A DNA stretch of 64,000 nt from Mobula hypostoma (lineage: Eukaryota), in NCBI RefSeq assembly GCF_963921235.1, contig NC_086124.1:24056001-24120000 (forward strand). Reading direction: 5' to 3'. The position numbers and the translations under genes were made by a program. Shown in pieces: positions 1 to 10,865 of this stretch. The notes below the pieces were generated by a model. That model made no database searches and was not told where the DNA came from. It saw only the letters and a program-made list of their open reading frames with translations. How positions within the stretch are numbered: the stretch's first letter is position 1; each line of letters opens with the position of its first letter.

Positions 1-215
1 CTCTGTGTCTTTTCTTCTAAACGCTGCTGCTTGCTTTAAATGTTTGCACGATTTGTGTGCCCTTTTTTTTCTTTCACTGGGTGTCAATTAGCGTTTTGTT
101 AATGAGTTCTTCTGGGTTTCTTGTTTTGTGGCTGCCTGTAAGGAGACGAATCTCAAGATTGTATAATGTATACATATTTTGACAACAAATGCATTTTGAA
201 CTTTGAACTTTGAAC
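1..215 (+). mobile_element. 3' end/UTR of a LINE-type interspersed repeat with a (GAACTTT)n tail
   Basis: Ends in ttgaactttgaactttgaac. The terminal segment (gaatctcaagattgtataatgtatacat...aaatg) resembles the ends at about 8455-8510 and 48595-48665. Confidence 0.45.
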
Positions 216-625
216 GAGCCCATGCCACCCAATGACACCAATGTGATCAATTCAACTACTAACTCAGCACCCACGTGACCAATTAGCCTACTGATCTATA
301 CATCTTTGGGATGTGGGAGAAACTGTTGTGTCTAATATTTGAAAAATATTTGAGTAAACTCATGTATATATTGGTTGATGCAGCATTCTTGTTTGTTTAA
401 ATAATTCGTTACGAGTTATATATACAAATACGTGAATTTCAGGCGAATGTGTGATACGTGCACACCTCACTTAAAGTAAACACTGTTAGATCAGCATTTT
501 GGACTCCCAAGACTTCCACTGAATTAGTTTAATGTTTTGAAGTTGCAAAAAGTGGCAGAAAACAGAGCCCTTGACGGAAACCCACAAGGTCATGGGGAGA
601 ACGTACAAACTCCTTACAGACAGAT
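216..625 (-). mobile_element. V-SINE (HE1-like) copy split by an insertion
   Basis: Reverse strand reads ctgtctgtaaggagtttgtacgttctccccatgaccttgtgggtttcc (570-625) and tttctcccacatcccaaagatg...attggtcacgtgggtg (216-345), matching the V-SINE central domain and tail. Confidence 0.55.
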
Positions 626-975
626 GCTGTAAAGCGTTTATGCCAACCACTTCTGAGCCACTGAATTTCTGCATTCTGTCCTTTTTCCTTTTTACTGACG
701 TGATGTACTTATGCAAGGAATATACGGCCTGGATGGTAAACGAAAGCTTTTCAGTGTATCCTGGTACAATGAATCAACGTCATAGTGAAAGCCCACCCCA
801 GTCTGTCCCTGTCACAGTCTGCACTGACAACGACTGGCTCAGGTGCAGAGGAATGGCAGACTCCCATGTAGGGACGGAAACAAGAGCTTGTGCACAGGAA
901 TGCCAACAGAACATCAGTGACTCCAACAAGCGACACAGTGTGACGAAACATTCTCAGAGCAAGGACCCCAGCATA

Positions 976-1630
976 AGTGTTGGTATTTATGGGGGGTCCC
1001 GGGGAGTGTGTCGGTACTTGGGGGGGATCCCAGGGAGTGTGTCAGTATTTACAGGGGTCCCGGGGAGTGTGTCAGTATTTACAGGGGGTCCAGAGGAGTG
1101 TGTCAGTATTTACAGGGGGTCTGTGGAGTGTGTCAGTATTTACAGGGGGTATGTGGAGTGTGTCAGTATTTACAGGGGGTCTGTGGAGTGTGTCAGTATT
1201 TACAGGGGGTCCTGGGGAGTGTGTCTGTATTTATAGGGGGTCCTGGGGAGTGTGTCGGTATTTACATGGGGTCCCGGGGAGTGTGTCTGTATTTACAGGG
1301 GGTCCCGGGGAGTGTGTCAGTATTTACAGGGGGTCCCGGGGAGAGGGTCACTATTTACAGGGGGTCCCGGGGAGTGTGTCAGTATTTACAGGGGGTCCCG
1401 TGGAGTGTGTCATACTTACAGGGGGTCCTGAGGAGTGTGTCAATATTTACAGGGGGTCCCGGGGAGTGTGTCAGTATTTACAGGGGGTCCCAGGAAGTGT
1501 GTTGGTATTTGTAGGGGGTCCCGAGGAGTGTGTCAGTATTTACGGGGTGTCCTGGGGAGAGTGTTGGTATTTACGGGGTGTCCTGGGGAGAGTGTTGGTA
1601 TTTATAGGGGTTCCCGAGGAGTGTGTCAGT
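976..1630. repeat. 30-31 bp minisatellite (about 21 copies), consensus GGAGTGTGTCAGTATTTACAGGGGGTCC(C/T)G
   Basis: Directly visible tandem units, e.g. 30-bp period from about 1095 to 1185. Confidence 0.95.
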
Positions 1631-1818
1631 AGTTCCAGGTTCTTTGAAGTTGTATCAGGATTTCAGGGGTCTCAGGAATGTTGATAAAATCTAGCGGACC
1701 GTAAGGGTGTCAAGATTGAGAGGCCTCGATGTTTACAGCTTTGCTCCATAACAGAAACCTTGGTTTTGGATACGTGACCCATGGTATTCTCTCCCTGCCC
1801 CTTTCCCAGCCAACATAC

Positions 1819-2099
1819 CGAGTGAGACGGTCAGCCCTTCCTCAAGGCTGACGTGTGCTGCCCGCAGCTGAATGTGGCCCCGTCCTTTGGCTTGATCCCA
1901 ATGTATTTGTAGACGTTGAAGGTCCAGTCTGGCTCTACCACCAGCTGCGATGATCGGACAGGCCCGGTGAACGGCTGCCCATTGATCAGGAAGCTGAGCT
2001 CGATCTCGAAAGGGTAGAAGTTGTCAGCATAACACTACAGGGTGTTCGACCTCTGTGGAGCATAGTCGTCTTCTGTGTAGATGTGGATGGTGGGTTTCT
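1819..2099 (-). pseudogene. MHC W-category-like alpha-chain alpha2 exon (beta2-microglobulin-like C1-set Ig domain), disabled
   Basis: Acceptor ttccag|AG at 2099 and donor G|gtatg at 1819, both phase 1. Translation KPTIHIYTEDDYAPQRSNTL*CYADNFYPFEIELSFLINGQPFTGPVRSSQLVVEPDWTFNVYKYIGIKPKDGATFSC/RAAHVSLEEGLTVSL. It has both Ig cysteines, FYP, no C-strand Trp (FLING, like beta2m LLKNG) and DWTF (beta2m DWSF). There is a TAG at 2035-2037, and the exon is 281 bp, one short of 282, with the frameshift near 1862. Confidence 0.85.
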
Positions 2100-2260
2100 C
2101 TGGAACACAGAGCAAAGGTCACCGTGAACAGGTCAAAGGTAAATGTACATGTGGAAAGGTCAGCGTGAACGGGGCAAAAGTAACTGTGAATGGCCACAGG
2201 TTTGTTCTGAACACAACCAAACCTGTCCCTGAAATTCTGGGCAAACCAAGCGTAAGAGGC

Positions 2261-2891
2261 AGGAGGAGAAGATGCAGCGCACCGCGTGTGCGCAGCCCTC
2301 CAGTGAAAATGATGTTGTATCCATTAAATAGGGGCCGTGGACAATTCTGATTTGATAGAGAATGGACGTGAAAGCACAGAGCAACATCTGGAGAAATTTC
2401 TGAAACACCCGTTCGCTGCTGTCGTTACTGTGTGGTCGTGAATCTTTCTGAGGGTAGGCCTCAAAATCCCCGGCCTTGCCTGCTTTTGGCAACCGAGAAG
2501 GAGGTCGAATCGTTCGGACAGAGATGGCGCTCAGTACTCGGTGTTGGAGAGCTGATCAGAGCTCGAAGTTTTCGGATGACTCAGAGTCGGACTGTGGTTG
2601 GCATGGCAGCAAGAGTTTATCTTCCTTCTCCCATCTGTGTGAGACGTGGGACATTTGAGAAACTTTGAACTTTACTGTGCTCACGGACTTCTTCATCAAG
2701 TTATGGTATTGTTACACTGTTTGTAACTATATGTTATAATTATGTGGTTTTGTCAGTTTTTTCAGTCTTGGTTTGTCCTGTGTTTTTGTGACATCACACC
2801 GGAGGAAACAATGTATCATTTCTTAATGCATGCATTACTAAATGACAATAAAAGAGGACTACATGTCTTCATAGTCATAATCATAATCATA
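2261..2891 (+). mobile_element. About 630-bp non-coding retroposon (LINE-UTR-derived), copy 1 of 3
   Basis: Starts ggagaagatg(g)c..., ends aataaaagaggact...(ATCATA)n. Near-identical reverse copies lie at 35479-36135 and 42671-43241. Confidence 0.75.
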
Positions 2892-2964
2892 AGAGGACCT
2901 CAAAGCTTCAGAGAAGGGATATGTAATCAATCAGTATCAATAAAATATGACTATGACTATGACT

Positions 2965-3145
2965 AAAGGTTTAGTGAAAGGGCAAAGATCAGGGATATGG
3001 AAAGGTTTAGCGAAAGGGCAAAGATCACGGATATGGAAAGGATTAGTGAAAGGGAAAAGATCAGGGATATGGAACGGTTTAGCGAATGGGCAAACATCAG
3101 GGATATGGAAAGGATTAGTGAAAGGGCAAAGATCAGGCAGATATA
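2965..3145. repeat. 36-bp minisatellite, about 5 copies (AAAGGTTTAGTGAAAGGGCAAAGATCAGGGATATGG)
   Basis: Units start at 2965, 3001, 3037, 3073 and 3109. Confidence 0.9.
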
Positions 3146-3379
3146 CGAAAAGGACAGAAGTGCAGCTAGTAGAGCCACTGCCTCATCCAGCTGACAGAGC
3201 CAGAAGATGTGGTAGAGGACGGTTCTATTGGACTGAAAGACAATTAGACAGGTACATAGATAGGCAAGATGCATTGGACAAATGCAGCTGAAGGGGTCTA
3301 GTTCAGTTCAGAATGGATCATGAGAAGGTTTGAAATGTTTATAAAATTGAAATATTCACAAATATTCATAAACCAAAGT

Positions 3380-3885
3380 GCTGAGTTGTATGAGATGCTG
3401 TTGAGGCCTAATTTGGAGCATTGTGTTCATTTCTGGTCACCTTTCTTCAGGAATGATATCAATAAGATTGAAAGAGTGCAGAGAAAATTTACAAGGACTT
3501 GAGGACCTGAGTTATTGGGAAAAGATGAACAGGTTAGGACTTTACTCCCCGGAGTGTAGGAGAATGAAGGTAGATTTGATCGAGATAAACAAAATTATGA
3601 GGGGTGTAGAGAAGCTAAACGCGAGCAGGTTTTTTCCGCTGAGGTCGGGCGAGACTGGAACTCGAGTTCGTGAGTTGAGAGTTAAGGGTGAAGTGAAAGG
3701 GAACCTCAGAGGTGTTGAGAATGTGGAACGAGCTGCCATCGGAAGTGGTGGTTGTAACTTTGATTTCAAAATGTAAGAGATGCACCTGGATGGGAGGGGC
3801 ACGGAGGGCGATGGCCTGGGCGCACGTCGATTGGATGATAGTTCAGCAAGGGCTAGATGAGCCGAAGGTCCTCTTTCTGTGCGCT
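3380..3885 (+). mobile_element. CR1 LINE ORF2 3' fragment
   Basis: LLRPNLEHCVHFWSP...IERVQRKFTR...RLGLYSPECRRMKVDLIE, the CR1 C-terminal motif set. Confidence 0.85.
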
Positions 3886-3907
3886 ATGACTCTTCGCGGT
3901 GACTCAC

Positions 3908-4180
3908 TTTTCGGGACGCTCGAACCGTTAGTGAACTTCATCATCTCCTTGGTGATGCCCTGCTGCCAGGCCTGGATCCCGCTCGACCTCTCCTTGAAGT
4001 GGTTCACCTCATCTTGGCCGAGGTCCTTTACCCCGTCTGTCTCAATTCCCTTGATGAAGAACGTCTGGCGCTGGTAATCGTAGAAGAGAAAGGGAGAGGT
4101 GTTCGTGTCGAAGATGTGGCCGTTGGTTTTGGAACTCGGACTGTAGCTGTAATACAACCTTTCAGAGATGCTTTTAAACA
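3908..4180 (-). CDS. MHC W-category-like alpha-chain alpha1 exon (open; part of a probably disabled gene)
   Basis: Acceptor tttgttccaag|TG at 4180 and donor A|gtgagt at 3908. 273 bp, phase 1-1, no stops: FKSISERLYYSYSPSSKTNGHIFDTNTSPFLFYDYQRQTFFIKGIETDGVKDLGQDEVNHFKERSSGIQAWQQGITKEMMKFTNGSSVPK. Length, a beta-strand-then-helix pattern and a terminal NGS sequon fit a class-II-type alpha1, and it splices in frame to the alpha2 exon. Confidence 0.75.
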
Positions 4181-4284
4181 CTTGGAACAAAGTGAGAAAG
4201 AAGTTAGATATATGCCCACCCTTTCCTCGACCACGTCCAAAATAAATAAATTATCAAAGTACATCTACAATCAATGACCATGTT

Positions 4285-4695
4285 ATTAAGTACACCTGCT
4301 GGTTAATGCAAATATCTACTTAGCCAATCACGTGGCAGCAGCTCGATGCATCAAAGCATGCAGGCATAGTCAAGAGGTTCAGTTGTTGTTCAGATCAAAC
4401 ATCAGAATGGGGGAAGAAATGTGATCTAAGTGACCGTGGAAAGATTGTTAGTGCCAGACGGGGTGGTTTGAGCATCTGAGAAGCTGCTGATCTCCTGGGA
4501 TTTTCACCTGCAACTGTCTCTAGCGCAGTGGTTCCCAACCCGGGGTCCATGGACCTCTTGATTAATGGTTGGGGTCCAATACACAAAACAGGTTGGGAAC
4601 CCCCGTTCTAGAGTTTACAGAGAATGGCGTGAAAAACAAAAAAAAAATCCAGTGAGCAGCAGTTCTGCAGGCAAAAACACTTGTTAATGAGAGAA
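4285..4695 (+). mobile_element. Tc1/mariner-derived non-autonomous fragment
   Basis: Same family as the fragments at 9060-9135, 24320-24450, 47960-48040, 48680-49050 and 50174-50644; contains the ATVSRVYREW-like HTH remnant. Confidence 0.7.
4526..4605. mobile_element. 80-bp hAT-Charlie-type MITE nested in the Tc1 fragment
   Basis: TIRs cagtggttcccaacc / ggttgggaacccccg; 8-bp TSD-like flanks ctctagcg / ttctagag, fitting the nTCTAGAn target. Confidence 0.75.
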
Positions 4696-4704
4696 CCGAA
4701 ATGT

Positions 4705-5132
4705 TACATTTATCTACTTATGTTATATAGTTCAGAATGTTGGACAATATCTAGTAACATGAGGAAAGGAATTGAAGCAGCAGAGATGTGGTTTTTGAGG
4801 AGGATGCAAAGAATATCATGGATGAAATGAATATCTAACGAGGTTGGCATGAATAGAGCAAGCACAAAAAGAGAAATAATGTTTGAGATCATGAAAAAGC
4901 AACGTAACTTCATTGGACATGTGATTAGGAAAGAGGAGTTAGAATGCACGGTAATTATGGGAAAGATTGAAGGGAAGAAAGCAAGAGGAAGGCAAAGACA
5001 AATGATGATGGAGACAGCAGCCAGAGAACCAGAAATGAATACCAATGAATTGATCCACTTGACCCAAAAAAGGAGTGTGTGGGCCATGGCAGTCAAAGCT
5101 CAAACTGGGCATGGCACCTGATGATGATGATG
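4705..5132 (+). mobile_element. RTE-clade LINE 3' fragment
   Basis: IEAAEMWFLRRMQRISW...FIGHVIRKEELE...GKIEGKKARGRQR with a (GAT)n tail. Confidence 0.85.
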
Positions 5133-5289
5133 AGAGCGCTTTCCAGAGGGGAGTGTCTGCAATGAGTTTTCCTGCCCACTTCTTCATCCTGGACACGCAC
5201 AAGTTCTGCAGTGATGGTAGACTACAGCCAATGCAGGGCACTGCCCTCGTAGTTCGCTGTAGTTTTTGTCTACTGTGCGAGGATACATT

Positions 5290-5640
5290 AAGAGGATTGC
5301 CGGTTTCTCAGGAGGTAAAGGAGACTCTGCTCATCACCAACCATCCTAACTTCTGTCGAGAATGTCCTGGCTGGTTACATCACGGCCTGGATGTGCAGAA
5401 GTACAAGAAGCTGCAGAGATTAGTGGATTCAGCCCAATGCATCACAGGCCCACCCCTTCTCACCATCAGTAGTGTTTGCCTCAAGAAGAAAACATTAAAG
5501 ATTGCTCACCGTCCAGGGCCACACCATCATTGCGCAGGTCCCATTGGTACAGGAGCCTGAAGTCCCACACCACCAGGTTCAGAAACAGTGGCTTCGATTC
5601 AACCATTCGGCTCTGGAACTGACCAGCACAACTCTCATCA
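5290..5640 (+). mobile_element. Rex1/Babar-type LINE 3' fragment (degenerate)
   Basis: ESVL-GCITAW...KKLQRLVDSAQCITG-like motifs, related to 37560-38500. Confidence 0.6.
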
Positions 5641-5728
5641 CTACCTCGGTACAGTAACTCACCTTGATTACCATTGGATGAGGGTGTGGAAATATCTCTA
5701 TTTTTCCCTTTCAGGGTTCTTTTAAATC

Positions 5729-7838
5729 TTTTAAAGATTGCATGGATGAACTACAACAATTGTTCATCCCAGTTTGGCAAAAGAATAAATCAAGGAAGGT
5801 AGTGCACCCGTGGCTGACAAGAGAAATTAGGGATAGTATCAATTCCAAAGAAGAAGCATACAAATTAGCCAGAAAAAGTGGCTCACCTGAGGACTGGGAG
5901 AAATTCAGAGTTCAGCAGAGGAGGACAAAGGGCTTAATTAGGAAGGGGAAAAAAGATTATGAGAGAAAACTGGCAGGGAACATAAAAACGGATTGTAAAA
6001 GCTTTTATAGATATGTAAAAAGGAAAAGACTGGTAAAGACAAATGTAGGTCCCCTACAGACAGAAACAGGTGAATTGATTATGGGGAGCAAGGACATGGC
6101 AGACCAATTGAATACTTACTTTGGTTCTGTTTTCACTAAGGAGGACATAAACAATCTTCCAGAAATAGTAGGGGACAGAGGGTCCACTGAGATGCAGGAA
6201 CTGAGCGAAATACGTGTTAGTAGGGAAGTGGTGTTAGGTAAATTGAAGGAATTAAAGGCAGATAAATCCCCAGGGCCAGATGGTCTGCATCCCAGGGTGC
6301 TTAAGGAAGTAGCCCAAGAAATAGTGGATGCATTAGTGATAATTTTTCAAAACTCGTTAGATTCTGGACTAGTTCCTGAGGATTGGAGGGTGGCTAATGT
6401 AACCCCACTTTTTAAAAAAGGAGGGAGAGAGAAACCGGGGAATTATAGACCGGTTAGCCTAACGTCGGTGGTGGGGAAATTGCTGGAGTCAGTTATCAAA
6501 GATATGATAACAGCACATTTGGAAAGCAGTGAAATCATTGGCCAAAGTCAGCATGGATTTGTGAAAGGAAAATCATGTCTGACGAATCTCATAGAATTTT
6601 TTGAGGATGTAACTAGTAGAGTGGATAGGGGAGAACCAGTGGATGTGGTATATTTGGATTTTCAAAAGGCTTTTGACAAGGTCCCACGCAGGAGATCAGT
6701 GTGCAAACTTAAAGCACATGGTATTGGGAGTAAGGTATTGATGAGGATAGAGAATTGGTTAGCAGACAGGAGGCAAAGAGTGGGAATAAACGGGACCTTT
6801 TCAGAATGGCAGGCAGTGACTAGTGGGGTACCGCAAGGCTCAGTGCTGGGACCCCAGTTGTTTACAATATATATTAATGTCTTGGATGAGGGAATTAAAT
6901 GCAGCATCTCCAAGTTTGCGGATGACACAAAGCTGGGCGGCAGTGTTAGCAGTGAGGAGGATGCTAAGAGGATGCAGGGTGACTTGGATAGGTTGGGTGA
7001 GTGGGCAAATTCATGGCAGATGCAATTTAATGTGGATAAATGTGAAGTTATCCACTTTGGTGGCAAAAATAGGAAAACAGATTATTATCTGAATGGTGGC
7101 CGATTAGGAAAAGGGGAGGTGCAACGAGACCTGGGTGTCATTATACACCAGTCATTGAAAGTGGGCATGCAGGTACAGCAGGCGGTGAAAAAGGCGAATG
7201 GTATGCTGGCATTTATAGCAAGAGGATTCGAGTACAGGAGCAGGGAGGTACTACTGCAGTTGTACAAGGCCTTGGTGAGACCACACCTGGAGTATTGTGT
7301 GCAGTTTTGGTCCCCTAATCTGAGGAAAGACATCCTTGCCATAGAGGGAGTACAAAGAAGGTTCACCAGATTGATTCCTGGGATGGTAGGACTTTCATAT
7401 GAAGAAAGACTGGATGAACTAGGCTTGTACTCGTTGGAATTTAGAAGATTGAGGGGGGATCTGATTGAAACATATAAAATCCTAAAGGGATTGGACAGGC
7501 TAGATGCAGGAAGATTGTTCCCGATGTTGGGGAAGTCCAGAACGAGGGGTCCCGGTTTGAGGATAAAGGCGAAGCCTTTTAGGACTGAGATTACGAAAAA
7601 CCTCTTCACACAGGGAGTGGTGAATCTGTGGAATTCTCTGCCACAGGAAACAGTTCATTGGCTATGTTTAAGAGGGAGTTAGATATGGCCCTTGTAGCTA
7701 GGGGGATCAGAGGGTATGGAGGGAAGGCCGGTGCAGGGTTCTGAGTTGGATGATCAGCCATGATCATAATAAATGGCAGTGCAGGCTCGAAGGGCCGAAT
7801 GGCCTACTCCTGCACCTATTTTCTATGTTTCTATGTTT
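5729..7838 (+). mobile_element. CR1 LINE, 5'-truncated, with a 646-codon open ORF2 segment (RT domain)
   Basis: [48 protein letters not shown]; (TTCTATGT)n tail at about 7820-7838. Confidence 0.95.
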
Positions 7839-7839
7839 T

Positions 7840-8510
7840 GAAGACGCTGACCTGGAGTTACATGCTGACTTCGGTTCTTTGCGGGAATTGGACCCGCTCT
7901 CGGGGTCTCACGGCTGGCCGTTATTCGATATGCCAAGGACGCGGCCTAGAAGACTCGCACACTTTCAGGGTTACGTGGCTCTGGAGGCCGGCAGACTTGA
8001 GGTCGGTGCTTCAGCAGGAAATTGGTGTGTTGTGGGAGCACACAAAAGATCAAAAGCAGAGAGCTGGCTGCTGGCTGTGTGCCCAGAGACCCAAGTTCAT
8101 TGGGCACAGAGCTCGGAAAAAGCGACGCAACAGACTTTTAACACCGTAAATCAGCGAGTGGCTTTGTTATGTCCCCCCTCTCGCTGTCAAATGGGGACAC
8201 CTCTTTTTCCCTTATTAGGGAGAGAGAGAAAGAGCCTGTGGAATGTTGAATACCGGGTGAACGAGTAGTCCTTGGGGTACTACAAGTCTGTCTCTTTATT
8301 GATGCTTTGCTGTACGCTGGAGTGCTTGGTGAGGTGTACAGCTGCTTTTTCGCTGGTGGGGAGGGGGTCATTGCTTTGCTGCTGCTTGTGCGTAGGTAGG
8401 GGAGCTGGGGGGGTGGCTTTGGAGTTCCACTGTTATCGTGGATGTTTGCAAAGGAATAGGATTTCAGGATGTATATTGTATACATTTCTCTGACATTAAA
8501 TGTACCTTTG
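7840..8510 (+). mobile_element. LINE 3'-UTR-type interspersed repeat
   Basis: Terminal gtatattgtatacatttctctgacattaaatgtacctttga shared with the ends of 1-215 and 48060-48665; no coding motifs. Confidence 0.4.
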
Positions 8511-8714
8511 AGAATTGCTACCTTTCTTGTATTTCCCTTGTAGTTTAACATTCTTGAGCTTGCCTTTTACATAATCACCTGTTCAGTGATTTTTCCAGCA
8601 ATTACGGTATAGTGTTTCTCTATTTTTCTGAAAGCTTCTTAGTTTGTCATGCCGCTTGAATCCGGCTATTTATAGGTTGTTATCTCCAGTCTGAGTATGT
8701 CCTTTGTTCTATGG

Positions 8715-9062
8715 AATGCTGAAAGGCCTCGATAGAGTGGGTGTGGAGAGGATCTTTCCAATGGTGGGGAGAGTCTAAGACCAGAGCACGCAGCTTCGGA
8801 TTGGAGGGGCGTCCTTTTAGAACGGAGATGTGGAGCAATTTCTTTAGCCAGAGAGTGGTGAGTCTGTGGAATTTTTTGCCACAGGCGGCTGTGGAGGCAA
8901 ACTCATTGGGTGTGTTTAAGGCAGAGGTTGATAGGTTCTTGATTAGTCAGGGCATGAAGACAGGAGACTGGGGCTGAGAGGGAAATGGATCAGCCATGGT
9001 GAAATAGCGGAGCAGACTCGATGGACCAAATAGCCTAATTCTGCTCCAATATCTTATGGTCT
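8715..9062 (+). mobile_element. CR1 3' end
   Basis: FRTEMWSNFFSQRVVSLWN...; 3' UTR ggatcagccatg...gcctaattctgctcc and tcttatgg tail. Confidence 0.85.
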
Positions 9063-9596
9063 TTATTAGGTACGCCTGCTTGATAATACAAATATCTAAT
9101 CAGCCAATCGTGTGGCAGCAGCTCACTGCATTAAGAAGTTTTTTTCATAAAAGAGTTTCAACACACTCACTGCTTTTTCAAGATACTTTTTCGAACGAGC
9201 TAGTGTAAGTTTTCTTCTGTCCCATTACACTGATGGACTTTGAGTCAAGGCAAACTATTTATTTGACTTTACCAGGGGTGACAAAAGGGTGTTGCAGGGT
9301 TGCCAGGGCTCCCTAGCTGGAGAGGAGAAAAGTTCAGATCAGATTATTTTGAGATTAAAAGCAAGTAATGCTCAGGCTTTAGAAGGCATTGGTCAGACCA
9401 CACTTGGAGCATTGTGAACAGTTTTAGGTCCCTTATGTGTTGGCATTAGAGAAGGTCTAGAGGAGAATGGTCCTGGGAATGAAAGGGTTAATACATGAGG
9501 AGCATTTGATTGCTCAGACATGTACTTGCTGGTGGTTAGAAGAACGATGGGGGATTCTCGATGAAACCTATTGAATATTGAAAGGCTTAGATAATA

Positions 9597-9644
9597 GATG
9601 TAAAGAAGTTGCACAAGGCAACCAATGGAGAAGAACTGCCACAT
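9597..9644 (-). other. Possible signal-peptide exon remnant of the alpha-chain gene, cut by a CR1 fragment
   Basis: ATG TGG CAG TTC TTC TCC ATT GGT TGC CTT GTG CAA CTT CTT TAC ATC = MWQFFSIGCLVQLLYI in non-repeat DNA upstream of alpha1. It runs directly into CR1 sequence (9355-9600) and has no donor. Confidence 0.25.
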
Positions 9645-10486
9645 CCTTTGAACGGGCCAGTCAATGACTGGCAGGACAGAAGCAGCTTTCGACAGGTTAA
9701 TAAGCCAACCCCTCTCATGACAACAATTCCTGAATACTCTGACTTCTGTCCAATGGAATTAATGTGCCTCGTTAAGATACTGAGACAGCCTTTAAAAATC
9801 AGAAGCATTACAAATTAATACTACATATTTAAAACATAGAGACATAGAGATGCTTAAAACAATTAAAATGTTTAAATTAATAATAAAATATGTAGTAAAA
9901 TTCAGTAATTTAAAAAAAAGATACTGAGACAGCTTTCTTTGACCGACCCATGACAACTGTTGACTAATAATGTGAGGCCAATGTTCCTACTCTTGGACCA
10001 GACTCTTTGCGAGCAATGGGGGGTCCTTAAACCGAGCTGGTTTAGTACATGGGTAGGACGGGTTCTGTGGGACACGTACCAAATGGCACTAACTTAGTGG
10101 GCACTATGGTTGGTACAGATATGTTGGGCCAGAGGGCCTATTTCTGTGCTGTATTGATCCATGACCTCTATTAGTTCATTAGATCAATAAAAAGAAATGG
10201 ATGAAAGCTTTCCGAGTGTGAATTTCTCATCTTATATCATGGAGCCATGGAACTTGATGGTTGAAGGGTAATACCTGTTCCTGAACCTGGTGGTGTGGGA
10301 CTTAAGGCTCCTGTACCTCCTTCCCGAAGGTGGTAGTGAGAAGAGAGCGTGGCCAAGATGGTAGGGGTCACTGAGGCTGGATGCTCACTGGGTGGTGAAG
10401 GTGGTGTTTGGCATGCTGGCCTCCAGCAGTTAGGGAACGGTGTAGAGGAGCAGGGGTATGATGTGCATTTGTCCAGCGATCACGAC

Positions 10487-10580
10487 CAGGGTTCGAACCC
10501 CACCACCGTCGGCAAGTTCACCCATGACCGCGTGGGTTCCCTCTGAGCGCTCTGGTTTCCTGCCACACTCCAAACACGCC
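10487..10580 (+). mobile_element. V-SINE fragment
   Basis: B-box gggttcgaaccc followed by gaccgcgtgggttccctctgagcgctctggtttcctgccacactccaaa (V domain). Confidence 0.65.
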
Positions 10581-10865
10581 GCAGATTGATGCACTTGGGT
10601 TCAAGAGCCACAGAGTAGTGCTGCAGCTCTATTAAACCCTGGTTAGATCACACTTGGAATAATGTATACAGTTCTGATCTCCTCATTACAGGAAGGATGT
10701 GGAAGCTTTAGAAGGGGTTCAAGTTAGATTTGCTGCCTGGATTACAGAGAATGCCTTACAAGGATAGGATAAGCAAACTAGGGCTATTTTCTTGAGAGTG
10801 AAGAATTAGAGGTGACTTGTTAAAGATGATAAGAGGTATTGATTGGACAGGCAGATAACAATATT

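Noticed and set aside
880-975. Possible alpha-chain TM exon (TVSLVGVTDVLLAFLC on the minus strand)
   Set aside because: No acceptor was found, it contains charged residues, and it lacks the class II alpha C..G...G..G...G pattern.
571-1684. ORFs of 168-235 aa (GVCQYLQG / SVSVFTGG repeats)
   Set aside because: Translations of the 30-31 bp minisatellite.
1819-2099. The beta2-microglobulin gene itself, or a classical class II alpha2/beta2 exon
   Set aside because: An in-frame alpha1-type exon precedes it and it ends in a phase-1 donor without the beta2m terminal W. Classical class II Ig domains keep the C-strand Trp, which is absent here.
5742-7682. 646-aa ORF as a host or domesticated RT gene
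   Set aside because: It is a 5'-truncated CR1 ORF2 lacking the endonuclease, with a typical CR1 tail and a near-identical sister copy at 60-62 kb.
9700-9990. MHC S-X-Y promoter module (tagtcaacagttgtca; ccattgg) on the minus strand
   Set aside because: The match to X1/X2 is loose and the X-Y spacing (about 50 bp even after removing the insert) does not fit the conserved spacing of about 20 bp.
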